A program made the translations under genes and the position numbers. Below the pieces are notes generated by a model. That model did not search any database and was not told where the DNA came from. It worked only from the letters and a program-made list of their open reading frames with translations. This document shows, in pieces, positions 43,962 to 57,217 of a stretch of DNA of 64,000 bases (position 1 is the stretch's first letter; every line of letters begins with the position of its first letter). The stretch is from Phyllobates terribilis (taxonomy: Eukaryota). The stretch spans positions 40,362,001 through 40,426,000 of the forward strand of contig NW_027362765.1 in assembly GCF_046119375.1 (NCBI RefSeq). The letters are read 5' to 3'.

Positions 43962-46505
43962 GTCCATGTGCCTACGTAACGTTTTTGTAGCGTTTTTGCT
44001 GAGTTTTTACGGCCGCAAAAACGGCGCGAAAATGCTTGTAAAACCATCTGCCATGCAAACCAATGTGAATTCGGATGTGCTGTGCACATGATGCACTAAT
44101 TAGCGCGCCGAATTAGCATTGCGTTGCAAAACGCAGCATGACCATCTCTACCGCGATTATGCTGCAAATTCGCAGCCATTGAGGAGCATTGAAACGCAGC
44201 AAACCCGCAGGTATATGTGGATTTGCTGCGTTTCAATTAAATTCAATGGCCGCGAATTTGCAGTGTAATCGCGGTGCGTGTGGTACCGAGGATAAAGAGG
44301 AGACTACAACTCCTCTTCATCACGGCTACCACACGGTGAAAAAAAGAAATAAAAAAGTTAAAAATAAAAAAAAACCTGTGTATTCACCTCTCCGACGGCC
44401 CCTGGTCTGCTCCCGGCGGCGTCCTCTCTCCTTGGCATCCCGTGGTGTACTTGCAGGACCTGGGGTGACGTCATTTAGTCAGCTGATGGTCACGTGATTG
44501 CTGACGTCAGCAGTCAGGTGATGGTCGCGTGACCATCAGCTGACTAAGTGACGTCACTGCAGGTCCTGGCAGTACACCGCGGGACGCCGAAGAGAGAGGG
44601 CGCCGCCGGGAGCAGACTGGGGGCCGCCGGAGAGATGAATTTACAGGGGTTTTTTTTATGTCTAACTTTTTAATTCTTTTTTTTTTTTTTTTTACTACAG
44701 ATGCAGCATTTAAAGCATCTACACTGTGTTCCAAATTATTATGCAAATAATATTTTCTCAGATTTTCCCAAATTACCTATATGAATTGCAGTCATTGTAA
44801 TTTTCCAGTCAAATAACTATTAGAGTACAATTGAAAGGTTTTTGTACAAACTGCCTATGATAACAGTATAGTTTTAAAAAAATAAAAAACTCAAACTGCA
44901 CTCAAAATGCATGTTCCAAATTATTATGCACAGCAGAGTTTTCAACCTTTTCCTTTTAATAAAGAACAAAAAAAATGGTCCTTTTTGAAATTATAAGCAT
45001 TAGCAGGTTATTACTAACTGAAATCAAACAGTTTTCAACTCAAAACTTTATTCTAGGTGATGTTACATTTGCACATAGGACCGCTTGTTCGAAAGGAGCT
45101 TCTGAACTCTCTCATCCATTGAATTTGTCAGGTTTTGGATGGTTTCTGCTTCCATTTGTTTTGCATAAGGACAGAATACCCTCCCAGAGCTGTTGCTTAG
45201 ATGTGAACTGCCTCCCGCCATCATAGACACTCCTTTTGATGATGCTCCAGAGGTTCTCAATGGGGTTGAGGTCAGGGGAGCATGGGTGCCACACCATAGG
45301 TTTGTCCCCTTTTATGCCCATAGCAGCCAGAGATGCAGATGTGTTATGTGCAGCATGAAACGGGGCATTATCATGCATGAAATGATCTCGATGGTCCAGA
45401 TGGATGGAGTGGAGGATGGCTGGTTGATGGACACCCCATGCAAACACGGCTACGCGCTAACAAGGAGGAGATGGAGTAATATTTTGGGCTGGAATCATGG
45501 GGAGAGAGATTGTCAGCCCTTTTAGGATCCCTGAAGGGGTAAAGATGAACTCCATAATGTATGTTGAGTTTCTCAAACAGCACTTCCTTCCATGGTTCAA
45601 GAAGAAGAACCGTGCATTCCGCAGCAAGATCATTTTCATGCATGATAATGCCCCGTCTCATGCTGCACATAACACATCTGCATCTCTGGCTGATATGGGC
45701 ATAAAAGGGGACAAACTTATGGTGTGGCACCCATACTCCCCTGACCTCAACCCCATTGAGAACCTCTGGAGCATCATCAAAAGGAGTGTCTATGATGGCG
45801 GGAGGCAGTTCACATCTAAGCAACAGCTCTGGGAGGGTATTCTGTCCTCATGCAAAACAATTGAAGCAGAAACCATCCAAAACCTGACAAATTCAATGGA
45901 CGAGAGAGTTCAGAAGCTCCTTTCGAACAAGCGGTCCTATGTGCAAATGTAACATCACCTAGAATAAAGTTTTGAGTTGAAAACTGTTTGATTTCAGTTT
46001 GTAATAACCTGCTAATGCTTAGAATTTCAAAAATGACCATTTTTTTGTTCTTTATTAAAATGAAAAGGTTGAAAACTCTGCTGTGCATAATAATTTGGAA
46101 CATGCATTTTGAGTGCAGTTTGAGTTTTTTATTTTTTAAAAAATATACTGTTATCATAGGCAGTTTGTACAAAAACCTTTCAATTGTACTCTAATAGTTA
46201 TTTGACTGGAAAATTACAATGACTGCAATTCATATAGGTAATTTGGGAAAATCTGAGAAAATATTATTTGCATAATAATTTGGAACACAGTGTAAGTTGG
46301 TCACACAATATAAATCCATGCCGGTTGCATGGATTTATATTGTGTGACCAACTTGTCAAGCACTTTTCCAAGTGATGGTCAAAATCGCTTGGAAAAGTGC
46401 ATGTTTCTCTCTGGCAGAAAAAATGCATGTAAATCTGCATGCGTTTTTTTCTGCCAAAGAGAGGCAAAAATGCTCTGCATCAAATCTGCTACGTGGCACA
46501 TAGCC
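43962..46505. mobile_element. Harbinger-like MITE hosting a fold-back Tc1
   Basis: TTA flanks with imperfect TIRs (GTCCATGTGCCTACGT / ACGTGGCACATAGCC). Same core as 31942-32710. Confidence 0.65.
44722..46292. mobile_element. Fold-back Tc1 derivative
   Basis: TA-flanked termini CACTGTGTTCCAAATTATTATGCAAAT. Arms of about 665 bp (44722-45388 / 45628-46292) each carry the 3' end of the transposase (HDNAP, PDLNPIENLW). Confidence 0.92.
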
Positions 46506-46598
46506 TTATGCAGATGGAAAGAGTGGACACACTGGAACCGTCACCAGAGGAGGTCTTACATGCAGTCTCATGTTAAAGTAAATGCTTAAGGGGGAGGG

Positions 46599-47090
46599 TG
46601 TCATCACTTATGACCTTTGGAGAGGGCTGACCCCAGGGAGGAAAACAGACACATGCTTTAGTGAGGTGTTGTGTGGAAGGACATTGAAGGAAGAGGATGG
46701 AGACCATGGACTTGGAAGGATGGATGGATAAACATGTTACCATTATGGATTATGTCATTTGGATTTAAACTTTCTTAAAAGGACTGTTGCTGCTGGATAC
46801 CTGTGCTTTCATCATTTTATCTGCCATCTTGAGGACTGTGGACTGTGGCTACAGACTATACTGGCTGGAGATATGAAATCTGTGGGCCAACCAAAAGTTG
46901 GGAGACAGTGAGTATGGCCTTATACAAAGCCAGTGGAACTACTGAACCCAGATTGGGAACTTGAGGACTGAGAGAACGGTATTTTGGCCATTTACCTGGA
47001 ATTGCTTTATTTCCATGGATTAATAAAATATTGTTGCATCGTTAACTTGCCTAGGTGATTACTTACAACCCACAACCTCAGATCTCTACA
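46599..47090 (+). repeat. Possible LTR remnant
   Basis: Purine tract GGGGAGGG, then TG...CA, with an internal AATAAA near 47020. No partner LTR. Confidence 0.35.
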
Positions 47091-47099
47091 ATAACGTGA

Positions 47100-47770
47100 G
47101 TTGTCTCATCCTTCGCGGTCTCAAAAAAGGCCCAGGCTAGGCAACCCTTGCTGCCCCTGCGAGCTGCAGACCCTCAACCGCTGCTGATCACTGCCACGGT
47201 TGTGGCTAAGGATGCAGTGCTCCTCGTGCTTGCATCACTCCTCGTGCTTGCATCACGCCATAGGATGCAACATAACCTCCTCGTCTTCCTCCTCAGATGA
47301 GCTACACAGCTGCGTGCCTCTGGGTTCACACCAAGTTGGATGTGCAACCTCATCATCATCCAATGTGTTATCCCATTCCTCGCCCTCAGAGTCACCCTCC
47401 TCCTCTACTTCTTGCCCTGACAGCACAGTACAGTCGAGGGTCTGGAAGCTGCTTGGACCCAACCTTTCCCCCCCCCCCCTGTTGGGAGAAGAATATCTGC
47501 CCCAAACAATTTTAAGCTGAGATGCAGTCTGTTTTATATACCCATGTTGAGTTTATCAGGTCTGTGTACCCCTGTGTGGAGAAGGATATCTGCCGAAGCA
47601 ATTTTAAGCTGAGATGCAGTCTGCTTTATATACCAATGTTGAGTTTATCAGGACTGTGTACCCTTGTGTGGAGAAGAATATCTGCCCCAAACAATTTTAA
47701 GCTGAGATGCGTTCTGCTTTATATAACCATGTTGAGTTTATCAGGTCTGTGTAACCCTGTGTGGAGAAGA
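47100..47770 (-). mobile_element. hAT N-terminal acidic remnant plus 3 x ~92-bp tandem repeat
   Basis: EEWDNTLDDDEVAHPTW..SSSEEEDE resembles the DDIVTDPTW region of hAT copy 1. Repeats start at about 47492, 47585 and 47677. Confidence 0.5.
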
Positions 47771-47859
47771 ATACTATATAATGTATTTGGGGACCTCCCA
47801 GCAGATGATGTCAGGGCAGAGAAGGATCTGGCATCCTGAATTTCAGAGGCTAATCCATT

Positions 47860-48126
47860 TGTTCTTCCTGTAGATAATCCTCCGCTAGAGGCAATACATG
47901 GTATTAAGAACTGGGGTAAGTGAACTTTTGATCAGGGTCATTTGGATGTTTTTGGTTGTCATTAAGATTTAAAAAGATAAAACACAGTAGTTTGACAATA
48001 AATGGCTTCACCCAACCAATAACCATAAGTGGAGAAAAAGGTTTTTTTTGTTATCATTCATATTCTCTGAAACAAGGCAAAGAAAGGAAAAATTCTGCTG
48101 GGGTATGTAAACTTTGAGCACAACTG
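47860..48126 (+). mobile_element. Tc1 right-end remnant
   Basis: Ends in GTATGTAAACTTTGAGCACAACTG followed by TA. Confidence 0.55.
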
Positions 48127-48136
48127 TATATGTGTA

Positions 48137-49756
48137 CAGTACAGACCAAAAGTTTGGACACACCTCATTTAAAGATTTTTCTGTATTTTCATGACTATGA
48201 AAATTGTACATTCACACTGAAGGTATCAAAACTATGAATTAACACATGTGGAATTATATACTTAACAAAAAAGTGTGAAACAACTGAAACTATGTCTTAT
48301 AGTCTAGGTTCTGCAAAGTAGCCACCTTTTGCTTTGATGACTGCTTTGCACACTCTTGGCATTCTCTTGATGAGCTTCAAGAAGTAGTCACCGGAAATGG
48401 TTTTCACTTCACAGGTGTGCCCTGTCAGGTTTAATAAGTGGGATTTCTTGCCTTATAAATGGGATTGGGACCATCAGTTGTGTTGTGCAGAAGTCTTGTG
48501 GATACACAGCTGATAGTCCTACTGAATAGACTGTTAGAATTTGTATTATGGCAAGAAAAAAGCAGCTAAGTAAAGAAAAATGAGTGGCCATCATTACTTT
48601 AAGAAATGAAGGTCAGTCAGTGCGAAAAATTGGGAAAACTTTGAAAGTGTCCCCAATTGCAGTTGCAAAAACCATCCAGTGCTACAAAGAAACTGGCTCA
48701 CATGAGGACCGCCCCAGGAAAGGAAGACCAAGAGTCACCTCTGCTTCTGAGGATAAGTTTATCCGAGTCACCAGCCTAAGAAATCGCAGGTTAACAGCAG
48801 CTCAGATTAGAGACCAGGTCAATGCCACACAGATTTCTAGCAGCAGACACATCTCTACAACAACTGTTAAGAGGAGACTTTGTGCAGCAGGCCTTCATGG
48901 TAAAATAGCTGCTAGGAAACCACTGCTAAGGACAAGCAACAAGCAGAAGAGACTTGTTTGGGCTAAAGAACACAAGGAATGGACATTAGACCAGTGGAAA
49001 TCTGTGCTTTGGTCTGATGAGTCCAAATTTGAGATCTTTGGTTCCAACCACCGTGTCTTTGTGCGACGCAGAAAAGGTGAACGGATGGACTCTACATGCC
49101 TGGTTCCCACTGTGAAGCATGGAGGAGGAGGTGTGATGGTGTGGGGGTGCTTTGCTGGTGACACTGTTGGGGATTTATTCAAAATTGAAGGCATACTGAG
49201 CCAGCATGGCCACCACAGCATCTTGCAGCGGCATGCTGTTCCATCCGGTTTGCGTTTAGTTGGACCATCATTTATTTTTCAACAAGACAATGACTCCAAA
49301 CACACCTCCAGGCTGTGTAAGGGCTATTTGACCAAGAAGGAGAGTGATGGGGTGCTACGCCAGATGACATGGCCTCCACAGTCACCAGACCTGAACCCAA
49401 TCGAGATGGTTTGGGGTGAGCTGGAGTGAAGGCAAAAGGGCCAACAAGTGCTAAGCAGCTCTGGGAACTCCTTCAAGATTGTTGGAGGACCATTTCCGGT
49501 GACTACCTCTTGAAGCTCATCAAGAGAATGCCAAGCGTGTGCAAAGAAGTCATCAAAGCAAAAGGTGGCTACTTTGAAGAACCTAGAATATAAGACATAT
49601 TTTCAGTTGTTTCACACTTTTTTGTTAAGTATATAATTCCACATGTGTTAATTCATAGTTTTGATGCCTTCAGTGTGAATGTACAATTTTCATAGTCATG
49701 AAAATACAGAAAAATCTTTAAATGAGAAGGTGTGTCCAAACTTTTGGTCTGTACTG
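48137..49756 (+). mobile_element. Tc1 element with long (~205-bp) TIRs
   Basis: TA-flanked CAGTACAGACCAAAAGTTTGGACACACC; the inverted repeat extends about 200 bp. Confidence 0.96.
48548..49540 (+). pseudogene. Tc1 transposase pseudogene
   Basis: ATG at 48548 and TGA at 48581. ORF 48584-49429 has the HTH, WSDESKF, QQDNDSKH and PDLNPIEMVW motifs. A small deletion removes the normal C-terminus. Confidence 0.92.
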
Positions 49757-49760
49757 TAAT

Positions 49761-49767
<7 letters not shown>

Positions 49768-49836
<69 letters not shown>

Positions 49837-49844
49837 TACACACA
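49768..49844. repeat. (TA)n then (CA)n microsatellite
   Basis: Seen directly. Confidence 0.99.
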
Positions 49845-51400
49845 CACTGCTGAAAAAAGGGAACACCTCCAAGTAAATCAAACTTCTGTGAAATCAAAGT
49901 GTCCACTTAGGAAGCAACACTGATTGACAAACAATTTCACATGCTGTTGTGCAAATGGAATAGACAATAGATGGAAATTATTGGCAATTATGAAGACGCA
50001 CTCAATAAAGGAGTGGTTCTGCAGGTGGGGACCACAGACCACATCTCAGTACCTATGGTTTCTGGCTGATGTTCTGGTCACTTTTGAATGTTGGTTGTGC
50101 TTTCACACTCGTGGTAGCATGAGAAGGACTCTACAACCCACAGACGTTGCTCAGGTAGTGCAGCTCATCCAGGATGGCACATCAATGCGAGCTGTGGCAA
50201 GAAGGTTTGCTGTGTCTGTCAGCGTAGTGTCCAGAGGCTGGAGGCGCTACCAGGAGACAGGCCAGTACACGAGGAGACGTGGAGGAGGCTGTAGGAGGGC
50301 AACAACCCAGCAGCAGGACCGCTACCTCTGCATTTGTGCAAGGAGGAACAGGAGGAGCACTGCCAGAGCCCTGCAAAATGACCTCCAGCAGGCCACAAAT
50401 GTGCATGTGTCTGCACAAATGGTTAGAAACTGACTCCATGAGGGTGGTATGAGGGCAGATGTCCACAGATGGGGGTTGTGCTCACAGCCCCACACCGTGC
50501 AGGATGCTTTGCATTTGCCACAGAACACCAGGATTGGCAAAGTCCCACTGGCGCCCTGTGCTCTTCACAGATGAAAGCAGGTTCACACTGAGCACATGTG
50601 ACAGACGTGACAGAGTCTGGAGACGCCATGGAGAGCGATCTGCTGCCTGAAACATCCTTCAGCATGACCGGTTTGGCAGTGGGTCAGTAATGGTGTGGGG
50701 TGGCATTTCTTTGGAGTGCCGCACAGCCCTCCATGTGCTTGCCAGAGGTAGCCTGACTGCCATTAGGTACCGAGATGAGATCCTCAGACCCCTTGTGAGA
50801 CCATATGCTGGTGCGGTTGGCCCTGGGTTCCTCCTAATGCAGGAAAATGCCAGACCTCATGTGGCTGGAGTGTGTCAGCAGTTCCTGAAAGATGAAGGCA
50901 TTGAAGCTATGGACTGGCCTGCCCGTTCCCCAGACCTGAATCCGATTGAGCACATCTGGGACATCAAGTCTCGCTCCATCCACCAACGTCACGTTGCACC
51001 ACAGACTGTCCAGGAGTTGGCGGATGCTTTAGTCCAGGTCTGGGAGGAGATCCCACAGGAGACCATCCGCAACCTCATCAGGAGCATGCCCAGGAGTTGT
51101 AGGGAGGTCATACAGGCACATGGAGGCCACACACAATACTGAGCCTCATTTTGACTTGTTTTAAGGACATTACATCAAAGTTGGATCAGCCTGTAGTGTG
51201 TTTTTCCACTTTAATTTTGGGGGTGACTCCAAATCCAGGCCTCCATTGGTTAATAAATTTGATTTCCATTGATGATTTTTGTGTGATTTTGTTGTCAGCA
51301 CATTCAACTTTGTACAAAACAAAGTATTCAATGAGAATATTTCATTCATTCAGATCTAGGATGTGTTATTTGAGTGTTCTCTTTATTTTTTTGAGCAGTG
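49845..51400 (+). mobile_element. Tc1 element with a decayed transposase (about 50119-51142)
   Basis: Termini CACTGCT.AAAAA / TTTTTGAGCAGTG|TA. Motifs FTDESRF, QENARPH and PDLNPIEHIWD. Stop at 50431 and a frameshift. Confidence 0.93.
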
Positions 51401-51750
51401 TATATACATATATACGTATATATATTTTTTTTTCAGAGTCATATCTCCCAACTCTGCAGACCGCATGCTGTCATTGTAGTAGGCAGACACGGACCAGAAG
51501 GTATGGAGATGAATGAGGGAGACCAAAGTTCAAAAATAAAAACTTTCTTTACTTAACAAGAACTTGAAGAGAAGTACATACATCAGATAGCAGGCACAAC
51601 ACTTTATGAATGCTTCTTCTGCATTATGCAGCATAAAAGAACTTTCTGGTGAAATGGGGCAGTACATAACTTTTATTACTAGCTACACCAGACAAGCAAA
51701 CCATTATGGGAAGGCCCATCATCCCCTGTGGGGACCATATGGGTTGAGAT

Positions 51751-52030
51751 TAGTGTTGAGTGAGTATGTTCTGTTAACCCTTTCGCCGAGCACTGAGTAT
51801 TTATAGCTGCTCCGTGATATGCTTGAATCGCTCCCTTGTGCATGATTTGCGACTGTTTGACATATTATTACATGGGAGGAATGTCTATTTCTTACACATT
51901 CCTCACATGTAATAAAGCAAACAGTTGCAAATCATGCACATGGGAGTGATTTAACCTTATCACCGAGCAGCTATAAATACTCGGAGCTCGGCCCGAGCAT
52001 ACTCGGACAGAACATACTCGCTCAACACTA
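51751..52030. mobile_element. hAT MITE (280 bp)
   Basis: 23-bp TIR TAGTGTTGAGYGAGTATGTTCTG (1 mismatch) and an 8-bp TSD GTTGAGAT. Confidence 0.93.
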
Positions 52031-52699
52031 GTTGAGATGTATCGCTACGGCCCCTCAGAGCTACACTCAATTTCCAGTTGATTTGTGAGGACCTCACTGG
52101 CTGAGGTGCATTGGTACAACTCCTCACTAGTACTCTCAAAGTCCATTCGATGAGGACCACACACTACTTGCTATGGCACTGCATCTAGACCTCTGAAACT
52201 TGTCCCCCAGTTTGGTGACACTGTAGCTTCCAAGCCTAATAGCCAGGTATTCACATTTAAATATCCCACTTCATGAAAAATCCCCAGACTAGTAGACCCA
52301 TTCCCATTCCTAGAGATGAATTGTCATAAGACATACTGTATACAATGGAATCTGTCTACAGTAATTTACTGTGCTACTTCTCATGAGTTAGAGGTCCGAT
52401 AACGTCCATCCCTCAGTTCACATGTCCGGAAGTGACATGCTTTAAACTGAAATGCCAGATAAACTGATTTCCACTGTGTCACTCGTACCCGTGACTGCGA
52501 ATGTCTGTAGTTATGGGTTCCAAGCCAGACTGCATCTATGGTTATTGTCTGCAATTGTGCATGCACAGATGTGTGCGGTCCACGTCGGAGCGCATCCCGG
52601 TCTCCTTTCTGCGACTGAGCATGTCGGAAAGCATGCGCTCCACACCAGAGCTCATAATGAATTTAAATTGCATTCCACCAATGTAGAAAAATCCTGTCT

Positions 52700-55390
52700 C
52701 TGAGATCAGCGTCATGGGAGATTAAAAACAAGTATTGCACATCCTCCCGTCATGCAATAATCATTTAGATATACTTTATCACTACAATATATGGGATGAT
52801 GGCCCACAGTAAATTCCTAAATGGTCGTATGTGACCCCTATTGCATAACTCGAGATACACAAGGATCACCACACTTGTTAATTACTAAACAGTATATGTG
52901 GGATATAACCGATAAGAAATAATTCTGATCTAGAAGCTTAGATATCTCGATGAAGTACAACAATATGTGAACCCCGTTCACAGGGAACTGAGTAGTAATG
53001 GGGAGAGTATAAAATCCAAAAATGTAATCCAGAATGAGACTGTATTCACACAAAACAGACATAGGAAAATTGCTCATTGAGTCGATTAGGGGCTAGTGAA
53101 TCCAGTCTAAAAATTCACTCACTTTCCTTTTTGAGGATGCATGTATTGTCATCACGACCTATCACATTGGGTTTAACCACCTCAATGATACAAAAGGAGA
53201 TTTGTATAGAAATTATGCACTAAACGGTCCCTAATTGACCGACCCTTTCTAAAAGTTATTGTGGGAGTAGATCCCACAGCACTCCTCAGGTCCGGCTCTA
53301 CCACAAGTATATCCCAGTGTATTCTGAGGATACTAAAGATATGGTCACTCTGATTGTTGTAAGTTCCTATTACTCTTGTTTCTTGGTCTCTTGGTTTGGT
53401 ATGGAGGATGTAACATACCTGGCGGCGTCCTTGCATAGTGGTCCATCTCCCACTGTGCAAGAGCGCGCACTTGATCTCCTGTCCAGTCTGCTAGCCTGGC
53501 TTCCCTCCATGCTGTCTGCTTGCCTCTGTTTCTGCTGCTTAAGGGCGGCGCCCGATCACTTCCTGCTTCTTGTAGCTGCTGCAGGCACACCCCTTGTGCG
53601 TCCTCAGCCTATTGCTGTCTGTCACCTGGTATTTAACCCAGCTCCTTCCTGGAATCCTTGCCTGAGCATTGTGTTCTGTCAGTTGGCTTCTAGTCACTGA
53701 TGTGCCAGGTCCTGTCTATGTTTCCTGCCTTGCGGTATCAGTTCCCGTGTCTGAACTATCTTCTAGCCTGTAGTCTTCTGCCTATCCTGGAGGCTGTATT
53801 TCCAGGCCAGTGTGAACACGCTCCTTGCCTGTTCGTTCTGCCTTCTAGGGGCCGCATACCTAGACCCGCTCCTGTATCTTGCTGCTGTGTCTGTTCTTGT
53901 CTGAATACTCTCCTAGCCTGTTTCCTGTTTTTATCTATGTCCATACCTTCCCTTTTTCTGCAGAGTCTGAACTCGTACCTAACTCCTGCTCGTTGTCACT
54001 GTACTTCCGTTTGTGGTCCACTCGCTACTTCACTGCAAGTACCCTGTGGGTATCTGGTTCTGCCTTTCCCTTCCTGTCTGTTCCGTGTGAACAGAGCCCT
54101 GTCCCCCCTGCTCTGCCTTGCTCACCGCTCCGGCGGTTCTTGCCTGCTCTGCCTTGCTCACCGCTCCAGCGGTTCTAGCCTGCTCTGCCTTGCTCACCGC
54201 TCCGGCGGTTCTAGCCTGCTCTGCCTTGCTCACCGCTCCGGCGGTTCTAGCCTGCTCTGCCTTGCTCACCGCTCCGGCGGTTCTAGCCTGCTCTGCCTTG
54301 CTCACTGCTCCGGCGGTTCTAGCCTGCTCTGCCTTGCTCACTGCTCCGGCGGTTCTAGCCTGCTCTGCCTTGCTCACCGCTCCGGCGGTTCTAGCCTGCT
54401 CTGCCTTGCTCACCGCTCCGGCGGTTCTAGCCTGCTCTGCCTTGCTCACCGCTCCGGCAGTTCTAGCCTGCTCTGCCTTTGCTCACCGCTCCGGCAATTC
54501 TAGCCTGCTCTGACCCTTTGCTCACTGCTCCGGCAGTCTCGCTCCGCTCTGACCCTTTGCTCACTGCTCCGGCAGTCTCGCTCCGCTCTGACAATTTGCT
54601 CACTGCTCCGGCAGTCTCGCTCTGCTCTGACTCCTTTGCTCACTGCTCCGGCAGTCTCGCTCTGCTCTGACTCCTTTGCTCACTGCTCCGGCAGTCTCGC
54701 TCTGCTCTGACGCCTTTGCTCACTGCTCCGGCAGTCTCGCTCTGCTCTGACGCCTTGCTCACTGCTCCGGCAGTCTCGCTATGCTCTGACCCTTTGCTCA
54801 CCGCTCCAGGCGGCCTTGTCTGCTCTACTCTCGCTCACCGCTACTGGCGTTCTCGTCTTGCTCTGTTCTTGCTCGCCGCTCCGGGAGGTCTCACTCTGCT
54901 GTGTTTGTCCACCGCATCTGCGGTTCTGTTCCTGAGTCCCAGTCTGAACTGGGTCCTATCCACTCTATGCTCCAACCTGTCATACCAGCCAGTACCTCCC
55001 TGCCTGCATACCAGTCGTGCCCGCCAGCATCCACCCATCTGCATTCCAGCCATGTCTGCCTATACCCACAAGTCTGTGTGCCAGCCTAACCTGCCTGTTC
55101 CAGTATTCCCCTGTGTGGGTCAACAGCCGTGTCCGGGGTCTGACCTGGAGTAGCACCTGGTGCACTGGCATCGTATGCCGTCGTGCGACCTTGGTCGGAT
55201 CGGGCAGATACTTAGTTACGCCCCTTCAGGCACTCTTTGGTTCATGGCACAGTGGAATCACTAAACACGCACACTCCAGTCAGTCCGGGCATGCGCATTA
55301 CAGAGGAGTGTCTATCTCTCCTGTTTTTCTACAAACGATTGTGCGGAATCCAAAAATGTACTGTGGGTACCCTTTTCCCTAAATTTGGTG
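52700..55390 (-). mobile_element. Decayed Penelope-like fragment split by a solo LTR
   Basis: KGYPQYILDSAQ..R*TLL|HTKPRDQETRVIGTYN..ILRIHWDIL..TFRKGRSIRDRLV reads through once the LTR is removed. Confidence 0.7.
53409..55302 (+). mobile_element. Solo LTR of a Gypsy-like element (1894 bp) with 36-bp and 39-bp minisatellites
   Basis: TGTAAC...TTACA with a 5-bp TSD GAGGA (53404-53408 / 55303-55307). TATTTAA at 53630. Arrays at about 54105-54510 and 54510-54800. Confidence 0.9.
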
Positions 55391-57217
55391 TTCATGTCTG
55401 TCAGGGCAACACCAGCAAAATCATACAATATCCCACTGCTGCCACCAATTTGTCAGGGGATTCACACACACATGATCCACATTACTCACTACGTAGCTAT
55501 CGGCAAGCGAGCAGTGAGAGTATGGCGTACACACCTTCGAATCCAGCGCACGGGATATGTGTATATGCCCCCGTACGATCCCTGCCAGCTTCACGATAAC
55601 CCAATTAAGATTATTCACTGTCACCACCAATCAGTTTTGAATAGTCAATACAGGCCTGATTGAACACCTGATTTCTGGTAGCGTATATGGCTTCGGAGGA
55701 GGAACGATTACAGAACAGAAGAAACAGGACTATTACATTTTATATTTAATCCAAAAGGGAGGAAGTGTTTATGAAAAATATACAAAGATTTTACAAAGAG
55801 GGACAAGGCAATACAGCATATACAATTAGACAAAATAAAATGGATTAACAGAAGAAACTTACTAGACCGATCACAGAGACGATTCAGTTTAGCTGGAGGG
55901 AAGCACTCCTATTCTGGCCGTTATGGAACAGGACCCCTGATTACACAAATATGTATCTCCCGGCATGAGTATAGATCAATATGCAGCTTGATCTTTTATG
56001 CCGAAGGGGGCCCCTGCCCACACACTCCCCTGTGATGACCTCACATGGGCTGGTCTCTGTCCTTCATGGTTTTATTAAATCTCTAACTTCTGCGATAACT
56101 CTTCGCTGGTTGATCGCAGAAGTTAGCAAGTGATGCCATCTTTTTTTATTGCAATATTACCTTTACTTAGAGACCACACATGACCTTAATGCTGTCCTTC
56201 ATCTTTGTGTTCTTTCATTACAGCTCACCGACGGGGAGTACAGATGCAGAAAAATATACATATTGTTCCTTAGCTAACACCGCCGCAAAAAAAAAAATTC
56301 CCATTGCAATCAGAATTATAGAAACTCTGATATTCCATATTTCATATCGTTGCCTAAAAGTCTGTCTGTTGTCTGGTGTTTGCAGCTTGGAGAGTGAGAT
56401 AGATTTCCTTTGATGCTTTAACCAGCTGTTTACTCTTTACTCAGGTGTCTATTTATCACCTATGTCTCTCCATTTGGTATGCTAATTAGCCTGGATAATT
56501 AAGTTTGTGGCTTATTTTGTACCCTGCCATTTGCATAGAAGCAGCCTTCTAGATTGCGAGCTCTTGCTCCTTTGACAAATGGTATAAAGGAGGAGGGAAG
56601 AGTGAGGGGTTTCAGAGATTTGTAATATTTTTTTAATATTCCCTGACAATGTCTATTGCATGAATAATAAAATCTGTGACATTAGAACAGTTCCTTCTCA
56701 ACCGTAAAAAATGGAACATTTGTAGTTTTTTTTTTTTATTTTGGGAGGATGGGGTGGCTAGCCTACTTCAATAGTTTATCAATGCTTGTAGGTTTATAGT
56801 AGATGAGTGTCCCTAGGGTCCCATCCCGTTCTTTCTTGATTAGTACATCCAGGAAAGGCAACTGGTAATAATTATTGATGGGCGAGCACTAAAATGTTCG
56901 GGTGCTCGATGCTCGGGTCGAGCAAATTGGAACGCTCGGGTGCTCGACTCGAGCAACGAGGCCAATGTAAGTCTATGGGAAACTCGAGCATTTTTCAGGC
57001 GGCCCCCCCACCCCGGCGGTAAGCAGAGGGCCTAAAAATTGCCCAAAAAGATGGGAATAGTCGTCAAATGACATGGGAACAGCATGGTGAAGACCCCTGG
57101 AAGCATTTCTGACTCCCAGGTCACTGCTGTCAACGTTGTCAAGAGGTATTACGCCACTTTTACGGACTCACAATAAAACATACAAAAACGAAACCAAAAT
57201 GGATTTTCCTGGGAAAT

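Noticed and set aside
53700-54670. 12-aa and 13-aa repeat ORFs
   Set aside because: They are minisatellites inside a TSD-flanked solo LTR and are open on both strands.
55400-56130. Possible ERV-like LTR
   Set aside because: I could not define TG...CA boundaries, a TSD or a partner copy.
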